31,621 nt of DNA from Promethearchaeota archaeon (lineage in GTDB: Archaea > Asgardarchaeota > Lokiarchaeia > Sigyniarchaeales > SOKP01): assembly GCA_019057795.1 (NCBI GenBank), contig JAHLWS010000054.1:1-31621 (forward strand). The letters run 5' to 3'. The notes under the pieces were generated by a model that was not told the origin of the DNA, searched no databases, and saw nothing but the letters and a program-made list of their open reading frames with translations. Below are positions 9,216-18,344 of this stretch, one piece after another. Within the stretch, counting starts at the first letter, position 1; each line of letters starts with the position of its first letter. The position numbers were made by a program, and so were the translations under genes.

Positions 9216-11374
9216 AGACATATGCAAAAGTAAATCGGAAGACTGTAGGGGAAGATCGAATAGCTATTTGTCCACAATTTGGGTGTGAAAATGTAACTCG
9301 CGTCAAACCTTTGAAATTTGGCTTTCTAGGCTTTGGTAAGTATCCAAAATGCAAGAAACATCAAATTCCATTAGTATATATTGATGAAAGAATTGGAGAT
9401 TTTGTGGATGCCGCATTAACTTGCTTATTTGATATAACAGGACTTCCTCCAAAAAAATTACTCTCGCTTGTTAATAAAGAAATTCCTGAAGATCTGGATA
9501 TGTTTGTTTGGAGATGGGTGTATTGCATCACGATTGGAAGAGGTGCTCCTATTATTTCTCAGTATATGGATTCCATCTCGAATACCTACCTTAAACAATT
9601 AACCAAGAAGCAAATAAGAGTTCTTAGTTATGATGTTCAATCTAAAAAGAATAATGTTTTTCAAGCGATAAGGAAGGGAATACAAGAGATTACAGAACAA
9701 TACACAAGGCTCCTCAAACATCTTCGAACTCATAACGAAGTCTTTACTAATCTTTATGAACCCAAGCCACTCTCTGATAAACTGAGAAAAGTACTCTTTA
9801 GATGGATAGAAATGTCTAAGCAAGTAGAAAAAGACTTACTCTCAATAGGGGAAAAGCGAGAAATTTCCCTCTCCGAAACTAAAAAGTATTATGATTCTAT
9901 CCTTAACATAGGAACATGCATGTGTCTTCTCGGACTCTCACCTGAAAAGATGGTGAGCAAGGCGAAACGAATTACTGCCTTTGATCGATTTTCTGCATAT
10001 TTTGATTTTTTCACGAATGGTTTAACTAAGAATTTTACTAAATCTGACATAGAAGAATTACTAAGGAAGGATCTTCCGGAAATATATTTTAACCAAACTA
10101 CACAAAGCGGAGATAATGGTGTCGTTGCGTCAACTATTGGAATAATAAACAGCAAGAATGGCATACAACAATATTCTGTAAATGATTTCTTTAATGATGT
10201 AAAGAAGGAAATTAAAAGTTTAGTTAATAAAGAAGTAAATTATAGAAGGTTATCAACCGAATTCTTAGGTTATGTAAATAATTACCATGTACAATCCAGA
10301 ATAAATAGCGCTAAAAGATCTTCTAACTATACTCTAGTAAACCGTCTTTTAACGAGATATTATAATAAAATTAAGAGCAATTTACAAAATAAGTATTCTA
10401 TATCTGAAGAGAGACTGGTAAAGATTAGGGAGTTTATACAAAAATATAAAGAATTGAATTCTGGAGTCCAACAGAACGAATTCGATTTAAATATTAGATA
10501 TTTTGAGAAAATTGACACTATAGAAAAAGCATATTGGCTTGGTTGGATATTTGCAGAAGGTCACATAGGAGTTTTAAATAAAGCCACTGGTGAGTTTAAA
10601 GTTACCATAAGTGTTGAAGACGGAATTTTAATAAAAAGATTTGTTAAGGCAATTGGTCTTGATCCAAGAGCCGTTGAATATAGCAAAGGGATAACCAAAA
10701 CTGGAAAAATTTCAAGATTTTTTACAGTTAAAATCACAGATAGTACGTTTATGAGTAATTTAGAAAAAAACGGAGTTCCGACTGGACGCAAGTCTTGGAT
10801 TCTACGAATGCCCTCTTTAAGTACTAATCCTTTTGATTTAGCTTTTATTATGGGATATTTTGATGGAGATGGGCATAGAGCAGATTCACCTAGTATTGCA
10901 TCTTCAAGTAGAAAATTTCTAGAAGACATTAGAGCACTATATAGTGAATTAAATTCCCAGAAAATCGCCCCTAATAGAAGGAATGGAAAAATCACGGGTT
11001 ATTACTTGATTTTACCTACAAGGTTCTTCAATGAATTACTTGAGAATTTAGATCATCATGGAGTTAAGTCTCTTCCTAGAAAAGCTATTCGTTATTTGAC
11101 ACCCTCCGAAAATAAAATGGTCCACACTGCTGCTATCAAGAGATATTTCAGAGGAAAAGCTGAGGAGAGAAGATTAAGAGTGATTGAATTAAGACTTCAA
11201 GGCTGGACAGATTGGAAAACAATTTTTACAGAGGGTCTTGGTTTGACTTGGGTTTCTCATAATCGTGCAAGAGAATATCTTAGAAACTGGTTTGCGCTTG
11301 ATCCTGCAATTATGGGTAAGATTAGCCATTTTCCAGATGAAGATATTTATGTCTTGGTTGAGGAAGTATATTAA
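9212..11374 (+). CDS. Modular protein: Cys/His (Zn-binding?) N-terminal domain plus two-motif LAGLIDADG endonuclease-like domain and C-terminal helical/HTH-like segment
   Basis: N-terminal CPQFGC..CKKH. Motif 1 is FEKIDTIEKAYWLGWIFAEG (~10500-10525) and motif 2 is LAFIMGYFDGDG (~10840-10872). Confidence 0.8.
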   Translation: MKTYAKVNRKTVGEDRIAICPQFGCENVTRVKPLKFGFLGFGKYPKCKKHQIPLVYIDERIGDFVDAALTCLFDITGLPPKKLLSLVNKEIPEDLDMFVWRWVYCITIGRGAPIISQYMDSISNTYLKQLTKKQIRVLSYDVQSKKNNVFQAIRKGIQEITEQYTRLLKHLRTHNEVFTNLYEPKPLSDKLRKVLFRWIEMSKQVEKDLLSIGEKREISLSETKKYYDSILNIGTCMCLLGLSPEKMVSKAKRITAFDRFSAYFDFFTNGLTKNFTKSDIEELLRKDLPEIYFNQTTQSGDNGVVASTIGIINSKNGIQQYSVNDFFNDVKKEIKSLVNKEVNYRRLSTEFLGYVNNYHVQSRINSAKRSSNYTLVNRLLTRYYNKIKSNLQNKYSISEERLVKIREFIQKYKELNSGVQQNEFDLNIRYFEKIDTIEKAYWLGWIFAEGHIGVLNKATGEFKVTISVEDGILIKRFVKAIGLDPRAVEYSKGITKTGKISRFFTVKITDSTFMSNLEKNGVPTGRKSWILRMPSLSTNPFDLAFIMGYFDGDGHRADSPSIASSSRKFLEDIRALYSELNSQKIAPNRRNGKITGYYLILPTRFFNELLENLDHHGVKSLPRKAIRYLTPSENKMVHTAAIKRYFRGKAEERRLRVIELRLQGWTDWKTIFTEGLGLTWVSHNRAREYLRNWFALDPAIMGKISHFPDEDIYVLVEEVY

Positions 11375-11547
11375 CCAGGTTCATCCGTTTCAGATCATCT
11401 TTTAAAACCTAGATCTTAAATCTATTTTTTAACATATTTCTTTTTACTTTTTGGTTGAGGATTGGAATTTTTTACTAAGAGCTCTTAGATTAGTTTAACA
11501 CAAAAAGAGAAAAAAAAAGAAAGTTTGTTTTTCATAAAATTCTGAAT

Positions 11548-12132
11548 TTAGAAAACTTCGCATTTCTTTCTGAAATAAGACCTTGGATGTGAACAACTCG
11601 GACAAACAAAATCTTTTGGAAGCTCGTCTAATTCTACTTCATAGCCGCATTCAAGGCAGACCCACACTACTTTCTCTCCTCGTTTAAAGAACGCATCATC
11701 TCCAATTAATTTCAACAGTTTACCGTAGCGTTCTGCATGGTGTTGTTCTGCTCGAGCGATAGCTCGCGTTCTTTCTGCAATATGAGGATACCCCTCTTTT
11801 TCAGCGGTATCAGCTAAGTCCGGATATAGTTTCGTATACTCCATTGTTTCGCCATTAACTGCGGATTTTAAATTTTCTATTGTTTTTCCATAAGTCGTAG
11901 GATACATCTCATTTACCAGGAAATCATCAAAATCCTCTTCCTTTTTGAATTCTTGGAGCATTTTATAAAAGTTTAGACCGTGTTCCCGCTCTTGATCAGC
12001 AGTTTCTTGAAAAATTCGCGATATTAATACATACCCTTCCTTTTTGGCTATTGATGCGAAGAATGTATATCTATTTCTTGCTTGCGATTCGCCAACATAG
12101 GAAGCAAATAACTTTTTTGGTGTTTCTTTCAT
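11548..12132 (-). CDS. rbr: Rubrerythrin
   Basis: GESQARNRY, EREH, GETMEY and EQHH di-iron ligands, with a C-terminal CLECG..CPSC rubredoxin-like site. Confidence 0.93.
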   Translation of the reverse strand: MKETPKKLFASYVGESQARNRYTFFASIAKKEGYVLISRIFQETADQEREHGLNFYKMLQEFKKEEDFDDFLVNEMYPTTYGKTIENLKSAVNGETMEYTKLYPDLADTAEKEGYPHIAERTRAIARAEQHHAERYGKLLKLIGDDAFFKRGEKVVWVCLECGYEVELDELPKDFVCPSCSHPRSYFRKKCEVF

Positions 12133-12293
12133 TTTATCACCTTTTTTAAATTTATAGGAATTTGAATATATATTTATTACGCGAACTTTAAATTTTATAC
12201 TTATAATTTAAAAAAAATATATCATGTTGTCTAACTATTTTTAGATTTAGAAGGCACTAAAACAAATAAAAATAATTTTAATAAAAATAAATT

Positions 12294-14666
12294 CTAGTAT
12301 TCTTTTTTAGGTGGCAACACAGGATAACCATTCCGATGCCATATAATCATACCACCTGTTAAGTTTCTAACATCTTTAAATCCCTCTCTAACCAGCAATT
12401 GGGCTGCCATCATCGAGCGCGCCCCACTATGGCAAACTACAACGATTTCCTCGTCCTTATACTCGTTTAAAGCATTAATATTGTGCATTAATTCCCCTAA
12501 CGGCATTAATCTAGTGTCTTTAATATGTCCACTATGATATTCTTGAGGAGTCCAAATGTCAATCATTATTGCTGGCGATTCATCTGTATCAATTATTTCG
12601 AATAAATCATCTGCACTCATCTCAGATAGAGCAGGTGCATCTGGACCTCTCAATTGTTTCCTCGTTTTCTTCGCAATTTTTACTGGTGCTGAAACATCTT
12701 CGACAGATATAGGCCCCTTTTCTAACATGGCAACCAATTTTCCTTCTTCTTTACCTAAATATAACAATGTAACGGCATCATTCAATTTTGCGTAGGCTTC
12801 TACACTTGCTTTAAATCCTGGATCGGTAGCATAAATCTTTAATTTTTTGTTTTCCGGTAGTGCTTCAAGAGATTTAATGAGCGCTGTCAAAGGCCCTGGG
12901 CAGGAAAGACCGCATGCGTCTACTTCAATATAGTCTTCCGTAATTGTAGTTTTTCTTTCAACCATTTCTTCCATAATATCTTCTGATGCTCCACACTCAG
13001 CGGCTATTTCTTCGGTTGTTGCTATAGCTGTTTTAAATAATTTGTATCCACCTGATAAATTCTTAACATTATAGCCTTTTTGAATTAATAATCTTGTTGA
13101 AAGGTAGCCTCTGAACCCCACTTCGCAAAGAATGTAAATATTTTTATCTTTAGGTACTTCATCCAATCTGCTTCTTAATTCTAAATCGCTTATGTTCACA
13201 GCTCCTTCAATTGTTCCAATTTGATATTCTTCGGGCGTTCTCACGTCAAGTATAAAACTATTATTGTTTTTTATTTTTTCAATTTCGTGCCAATGCCAAA
13301 TAGGCATATCACCTTTAATTACGTTAGCAGCAACAAATCCCGCCATATTTACGGGATCCTTAGCAGAACCAAAAGGCGGTGCGTAAGTAAGTTCTAACTC
13401 TTCTAAATCAAACACAGTTCCTTTGAATTTAATTACAGTAGCAATTACATCAATTCTTTTTTCTGTTCCTGGACCTCCAGCTGCTTGAACTCCGAGTATT
13501 TTTCCACTTGGGACTTCAAATATCAATTTAAGAGTTATTGGTACCGCTCCAGGGTAATAACCTGCGTGGTTATTAGGGTGTATGTAAATCTTTTCATACT
13601 TAATATCGGTTTTCTTTAATTGTTTTTCAGTTAAGCCTACTGTTGAAACAGTTAAATCAAACACTTTTACGACGGAGGCTCCCAAAATTCCTTGATACTT
13701 CGTATCACGGCCAGCAATAACATCAGCAACTATTCTCCCTTGTTTATTTGCTGGACCTGCTAAAGGTATTCCCGTAGGTTCTTGGGTTATAAAATTTTTT
13801 ACTTGGACTGCATCACCTACAGCAAATATTGAAGGATCTGAGGTTTTCATTTGTTCATCTACAATAATATGACCTCGTGGACCAATTTTTAAATCGGCTT
13901 CCTTAGCTAATTTGCTTTCTGGTTTGACCCCAATTGCTAAAATTATCATGTCAGTCTTAATGTTTTTCCCACTTTTAGGAATAACGTAAAAACAATTGTC
14001 GCTATCGCATTTGAAAGAATCAACAGGGTCTTCTAATTGTAAACAGACACCATTTAGTAGTAGTTCTTGATGTACAAATTGCGCTATTTCCTTATCTATA
14101 GGCGCCATAACTTGGTCAAGCATTTCCACGATTTTTACCTTAGCACCTCTATGCTTCAAATTTTCAGCCATTTCTAAACCAATAAAACCGCCCCCGATGA
14201 TGGTTGCGTGTTTAACATTATTATTTTCAAAAAATTGTTTGATCTTAACGGAATCTGGAATTGTTCTCAAGGTAAATACGGGAACATCACCGATCCCCTC
14301 AAATGGAGGTACAATTGGGGTAGCTCCAGGAGAAAGTACTAAGTAATCATAGTCCAATTCGAAAGCTTTATCGTTTTCAAGGTTTTTAACCGTAATAGTT
14401 TTCTTTTTCTTGTTGATTGAAATTGCTTCGTGGTTAACTTTAATGTCAATCCTGAATCGATCCCAAAACTCTTCTGGCGTCATTAGTTCCAATTGACTTT
14501 TGTCCTTTATGATATGACCAATATAATACGGTAACCCACAGTTAGCAAATGAGACGTATTTCCCCTTCTCAAGCACTATAATCTCTACGTCTTCCATTAA
14601 CCTTCTAAGTCGAGCTGCCGTTGAGGCGCCCCCAGCGACCCCTCCTACAATTATAACTTTTTCCAT
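12294..14666 (-). CDS. CoA-disulfide/persulfide reductase (CoADR-rhodanese, Npsr-like) extended by TusA and second rhodanese domains
   Basis: GGVAGG FAD motif, SFANCGLPY active Cys, GGGFIGLE and YAPPF. Then rhodanese 1 (DVRTPEEY..LCEVGFRG), TusA (DACGLSCPGP) and rhodanese 2 (VCHSGARS..NLTGGM). Confidence 0.9.
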   Translation of the reverse strand: MEKVIIVGGVAGGASTAARLRRLMEDVEIIVLEKGKYVSFANCGLPYYIGHIIKDKSQLELMTPEEFWDRFRIDIKVNHEAISINKKKKTITVKNLENDKAFELDYDYLVLSPGATPIVPPFEGIGDVPVFTLRTIPDSVKIKQFFENNNVKHATIIGGGFIGLEMAENLKHRGAKVKIVEMLDQVMAPIDKEIAQFVHQELLLNGVCLQLEDPVDSFKCDSDNCFYVIPKSGKNIKTDMIILAIGVKPESKLAKEADLKIGPRGHIIVDEQMKTSDPSIFAVGDAVQVKNFITQEPTGIPLAGPANKQGRIVADVIAGRDTKYQGILGASVVKVFDLTVSTVGLTEKQLKKTDIKYEKIYIHPNNHAGYYPGAVPITLKLIFEVPSGKILGVQAAGGPGTEKRIDVIATVIKFKGTVFDLEELELTYAPPFGSAKDPVNMAGFVAANVIKGDMPIWHWHEIEKIKNNNSFILDVRTPEEYQIGTIEGAVNISDLELRSRLDEVPKDKNIYILCEVGFRGYLSTRLLIQKGYNVKNLSGGYKLFKTAIATTEEIAAECGASEDIMEEMVERKTTITEDYIEVDACGLSCPGPLTALIKSLEALPENKKLKIYATDPGFKASVEAYAKLNDAVTLLYLGKEEGKLVAMLEKGPISVEDVSAPVKIAKKTRKQLRGPDAPALSEMSADDLFEIIDTDESPAIMIDIWTPQEYHSGHIKDTRLMPLGELMHNINALNEYKDEEIVVVCHSGARSMMAAQLLVREGFKDVRNLTGGMIIWHRNGYPVLPPKKEY

Positions 14667-14803
14667 ATTATCATCTTTTTATTTATTTTTAGTTGTGTGA
14701 TCGTGATGCACTATATCACTACTTTAAAAAATAAAATTAACTAGAATTAATAAACCTCTTTATTATAAATTATGAAAAGATAAGAGTATTAGGAAAAAAA
14801 AAT

Positions 14804-15607
14804 TTATAATCGATAATCTAAAACTATTACGACATCAACGAATAGCTCGTAATTCTCGTCCTCATCGAAATCGTGTATAACAATTTTTTCTACTTCATCA
14901 AGCTCTCCTTTGATTTCAATCAGTTCTGATTCTTGCAATATTTTTACATCTGAATGCTTCAATTTTCTCCTCAATTCAACAGTGCCAGGAACAGATTTTG
15001 AAGAAGTTACAACAATTACTCTCCCAGTATATTCTGTCAGTTTAAGCGCGAGTTCTAAAGATTCGTCTCCCGAGTCAACTATAATAATTCTTTTTTCTCT
15101 AAACTCTTCTAAATCCGCGAGTACTTCTTTATAAACTCCTTTTCCAAGAAAGTCATCGATTCCAAGTATTATCCTAACATCTAATTGACAAGACGTAACA
15201 ATTTCTATTTCTGGCTCTGTACCTAGACGATAGTTGTCGATTGCGGCTTTTAAAGCATCGGCAGCTAGATTAGAGCAATGCATTTTTATAGGAGGAAGTC
15301 CATCTAGTTCGTCAGCAACGTTTTGTCGCGTTATTTTATACGCTTCGTCAAGAGTCATGCCTTTTGCCATCTCAGTTATCATTGATGATGTAGAAACAGC
15401 GGAACCACAACCGAATGTTTTAAATTTAATATCGTCAATTATTTCTTCACCTTTTTCATTTTTGGCAATCTTGAGGTAGATCCACATAAGATCTCCACAA
15501 ACAGGGTTTCCAACTCGACCAATTCCATCTGCATCCTCAATTTCACCTATGTTACGAGGATTTTTGAAGTGTTCTAATACTTTGTCTGAATATGTAGTAG
15601 ATTTCAT
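14804..15607 (-). CDS. iscU: Fe-S scaffold IscU/NifU-N fused to a degenerate thioredoxin-reductase NADPH-domain-like region
   Basis: YSDKVLEHFKNPRN, GNPVCGD, FGCGSA and KMHCSNLA. The C-terminal FLGKGV..IIIVDSGDESLELAL resembles TrxR. Confidence 0.88.
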   Translation of the reverse strand: MKSTTYSDKVLEHFKNPRNIGEIEDADGIGRVGNPVCGDLMWIYLKIAKNEKGEEIIDDIKFKTFGCGSAVSTSSMITEMAKGMTLDEAYKITRQNVADELDGLPPIKMHCSNLAADALKAAIDNYRLGTEPEIEIVTSCQLDVRIILGIDDFLGKGVYKEVLADLEEFREKRIIIVDSGDESLELALKLTEYTGRVIVVTSSKSVPGTVELRRKLKHSDVKILQESELIEIKGELDEVEKIVIHDFDEDENYELFVDVVIVLDYRL

Positions 15608-15611
15608 TTTA

Positions 15612-16802
15612 TTATTTTACCTCATCATATTTTTTTAATAATTCTGGAGGCGTTAATGGAGATAACTTTCTCAACCTTTTTACTTCATTTGGTAAAACTT
15701 CTAAAAGTTTATCAATGTCAGACTCGCGAGTAGTTCTACCTAAAGAAACTAGTAGACTACCGTGTGCTTCTTCGTGCAAAAGACCCATTGCAATTAATGT
15801 ATGAGATGCCTCCAATGTTTTTGAACTACAAGCTGAGCCTGTAGCAGCAGCAATATTATGTTCTTTTAGCGTTAATATCAACGATTCCCCTTCGATATAA
15901 TCAAATCGAAAATGTGCGTTGTGAGGAAGTCTTTTTTCGGGATGCCCATTTAAATACGATTTAGGAATTGTTTCCAAGATATTCTTAATCAATTTATCTC
16001 TTAATATTTTTAAATTTTCTGATTCTTTGGGCATTTCTTCCTTCAAAATTTCAGCGGCTTTAGCAAACCCAACGATGCCGGGAATATTTTCAGAGCCTGA
16101 CCTCATACCTCTTTCTTGACCGCCACCAATTATTATAGGGTTAACTCGTACTCCCTTTTTTAAGTATAATGCGCCAACCCCTCTTGGTCCGTAAATATCG
16201 TTCGATGATAATGTGATTAAATCTATCGGAACTTTTTGAACATCAATTGGAACTACGCTTTCACTAGCAACAGCGTCAGTATGAAATAATATACCCTTTT
16301 CTCTTGCAATCCCACTAATTTCTGCGGTTGGTTGCAAACTTCCAACTTCGTTACTAGCCGTTGATATTGAGATTAAAATTGTCTCATCTGTTATTAGCTT
16401 TTCAAGCTTATCTAAATTAATGATGCCAAATCGATCTACAGAAACTCTGCTTACTCTAAACCCCTGTCTTTCTAAATATTTCCCAAGGTTTAAGATAGAT
16501 ATATGTTCGATTTCAGAAATAATTATGTGGTTCCCTTTTTTCTTCTGTCTCATAGCAGCTCCTATTAAAGCCAAATTATTTGATTCGGTCGCTCCAGAAG
16601 TAAATAGAATGTCAGATGGATTAGGGGCATTCACAAACTCTGCAATTTTTTCTCGCGATGTCTCTAAAATATCTGTAGCAATATCTCCATCGCAATGAAG
16701 AGAAGCCGGATTTGCAAATTTTTCATTAAAGTATAGGAGCATTTCAGACACGACTCTTGCGTCCACGGGTCTTGCAGCCTGATTGTCTAGATATACACTC
16801 AT
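15612..16802 (-). CDS. iscS: IscS/NifS-family cysteine desulfurase homologue with the PLP-binding Lys replaced by Asp
   Basis: VYLDN, FTSGATESNN, FHTDAV, SSNDIYGPRG, GGGQERG.RSG and TGSACSS (catalytic Cys). Confidence 0.92.
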   Translation of the reverse strand: MSVYLDNQAARPVDARVVSEMLLYFNEKFANPASLHCDGDIATDILETSREKIAEFVNAPNPSDILFTSGATESNNLALIGAAMRQKKKGNHIIISEIEHISILNLGKYLERQGFRVSRVSVDRFGIINLDKLEKLITDETILISISTASNEVGSLQPTAEISGIAREKGILFHTDAVASESVVPIDVQKVPIDLITLSSNDIYGPRGVGALYLKKGVRVNPIIIGGGQERGMRSGSENIPGIVGFAKAAEILKEEMPKESENLKILRDKLIKNILETIPKSYLNGHPEKRLPHNAHFRFDYIEGESLILTLKEHNIAAATGSACSSKTLEASHTLIAMGLLHEEAHGSLLVSLGRTTRESDIDKLLEVLPNEVKRLRKLSPLTPPELLKKYDEVK

Positions 16803-16834
16803 AATTTATTCCCTCCTTAATTTCAAGTTAATCA

Positions 16835-17089
16835 TTATTCCCTTTTTCTGAAATAAAATATTAGATCATCTCCATCTTTTAAAAACTCAACCAACTCTGT
16901 ACCAGTTCTTTTTGCCCACCTTTTCAAATCTTCTTCTGCTGCCGGATCATCAGCTAAAACTCTAAAACATTGACCAATATCTAAAGATTCTAAAAAGGTT
17001 CTTACCTCAAAAATTGGTTCTGGACAAAATAATCCCCTCGTATCTAATTCTGCATCATATATTATTTGCTTTTCCTTTTCACCAGTCAT
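16835..17089 (-). CDS. tusA: TusA/SirA-family sulfur carrier (84 aa; start corrected from 17167)
   Basis: LDTRGLFCPEP and ADDPAAEED motifs. A GGAG RBS lies ~9 nt upstream of the ATG at 17089. Confidence 0.85.
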   Translation of the reverse strand: MTGEKEKQIIYDAELDTRGLFCPEPIFEVRTFLESLDIGQCFRVLADDPAAEEDLKRWAKRTGTELVEFLKDGDDLIFYFRKRE

Positions 17090-17339
17090 TAAAAAAAACT
17101 CCATTTTCTTATAAACATTTTTTACTAATTTGTAATATCTAAAAATAATTTTATTTGATTGGTTCAATTGATATACTTTAACTTAGTAAAATAAATATTC
17201 TCATTATATTTTAATTAAGTTTCTAAGTAACAAAAAGAATAAAATATAATCTCTTTTAAACCGACTTTATAAATTATAAATATCAAAAAATGTATCCCAT
17301 AAATTTAAAAGTATAAAAATAAAAAATTGAATGAATGCA

Positions 17340-17972
17340 TTATTTCCCTGCTAACGCTTTAATATGTCTGACTCCATCGACAGCGTCATCTGCGAAATCA
17401 TCCGCGCCCAACCGCTTAGCAAGTTCCATGTTCAAAGGAGCTCCGCCAACGATTAATTTTACACTATCCCTAAGACCTGCTACTTTTAAAGCTTCGTGAA
17501 CGCTTTTAATTTGCTCGACAGTCATAGTCAATAGGGAACTTAACGCTATGATTGTTGCCCCAGTTTCCTTTACCTTATCGACAATAACATCTGCATCGAC
17601 ATCCATTCCCAAATCATGTAATTCAAAACCACTACTTAATAGTAATGAGCCTAAAATATTTTTTCCGATATCGTGATTGTCGCCCTTTACAGTTGCTAAA
17701 ATTATCTTAGTTTTGTCTACTGACCTATCAGAAGCTGCTAAAGCAGGTTGGAGCACTTTAAACGCTTCTTTCATGGTTTCCCCCGCTAATACTAGCTCAG
17801 TTAAATAATATTCCTTCTCTTCATATCGCTTCCCTACTTCATCCATTCCTTTTGTTAAAGCGCTTAAGACATCAAATGGATCTTTTCCATCTTCTAAGGC
17901 TTCCTTCACTGCGGCTTCAATATCATCTACTTCTAACTCAATTATTAATTCTGTTAATTTTTCAAAATCCAA
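17340..17972 (-). CDS. Corrinoid (cobalamin-binding) protein of methyltransferase systems (MtaC/MttC-like)
   Basis: B12 cap domain (GMDEVG..YE..EYYL), GDNHDIGKNI (DxHxxG), LSSL and VGGAP. TTG start after a GGGGG RBS-like run. Confidence 0.92.
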   Translation of the reverse strand: MDFEKLTELIIELEVDDIEAAVKEALEDGKDPFDVLSALTKGMDEVGKRYEEKEYYLTELVLAGETMKEAFKVLQPALAASDRSVDKTKIILATVKGDNHDIGKNILGSLLLSSGFELHDLGMDVDADVIVDKVKETGATIIALSSLLTMTVEQIKSVHEALKVAGLRDSVKLIVGGAPLNMELAKRLGADDFADDAVDGVRHIKALAGK

Positions 17973-18159
17973 ATTTTTTTCCCCTTTTTTTTTAATTCTG
18001 TAGAACTAGCTCTGTCAGCTTTCAATTCTGGGTAATAAGAATGATTTTTTCAAACTTTCTCTAAAAAAAGTTTAAAACTGCTGTAATTTTAATAATGAAA
18101 TATCTTAACTAAAATAAATATTTTTAAATTTATAAAACAAATTACTTAATTTTATTTTT

Positions 18160-18323
18160 AAAAAAAGGAGAAGAGAGGAAAAGTCGGAAATTGAACCTCA
18201 ATAAGAGGTTAAATTTTGGATAAAATTTAGTTCCGTACGTTACCATTTAAATTTTCCCTCCGACGGGGAAACCCGTTCGAAATAGGAAATTAGGGGATAT
18301 TTATAATTTGCGACTTCCTCTCT
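18160..18323 (-). ncRNA. Candidate structured ncRNA of unknown family (~150-165 nt); strand tentative
   Basis: GC-enriched island in AT-rich intergenic DNA. The ends pair (18172-18192 with 18305-18323) and there are internal hairpins. A TATA-like box lies 29 nt upstream and a U7 tract lies downstream on the minus strand. Confidence 0.55.
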
Positions 18324-18344
18324 AATAACATTGTAACACGACAA

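Noticed and set aside
9212-11374. Intein-encoded LAGLIDADG
   Set aside because: No evident splice-junction motifs (C-terminal HN + C/S/T) and no host extein resuming after the domain.
14703-14719. GTGAT-N7-ATCAC inverted repeat upstream of the persulfide reductase as an operator
   Set aside because: The arms are only 5 bp and I found no second copy upstream of the other redox genes.
11548-17972. Selenocysteine recoding in the redox genes
   Set aside because: All catalytic positions are Cys, and no gene appears interrupted by an in-frame TGA.
18144-18246. Small peptide ORF (MVTYGTKFYPK...) within the structured element
   Set aside because: It is about 34 codons with no protein-like features; the base-pairing pattern explains the sequence better.
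18172-18323. RNase P RNA (GAGGAAAAGUC resembles GAGGAAAGUC) or cobalamin riboswitch
   Set aside because: It is too short, has no 3' P4 partner motif and no recognisable B12 box; that segment instead pairs with the other end.
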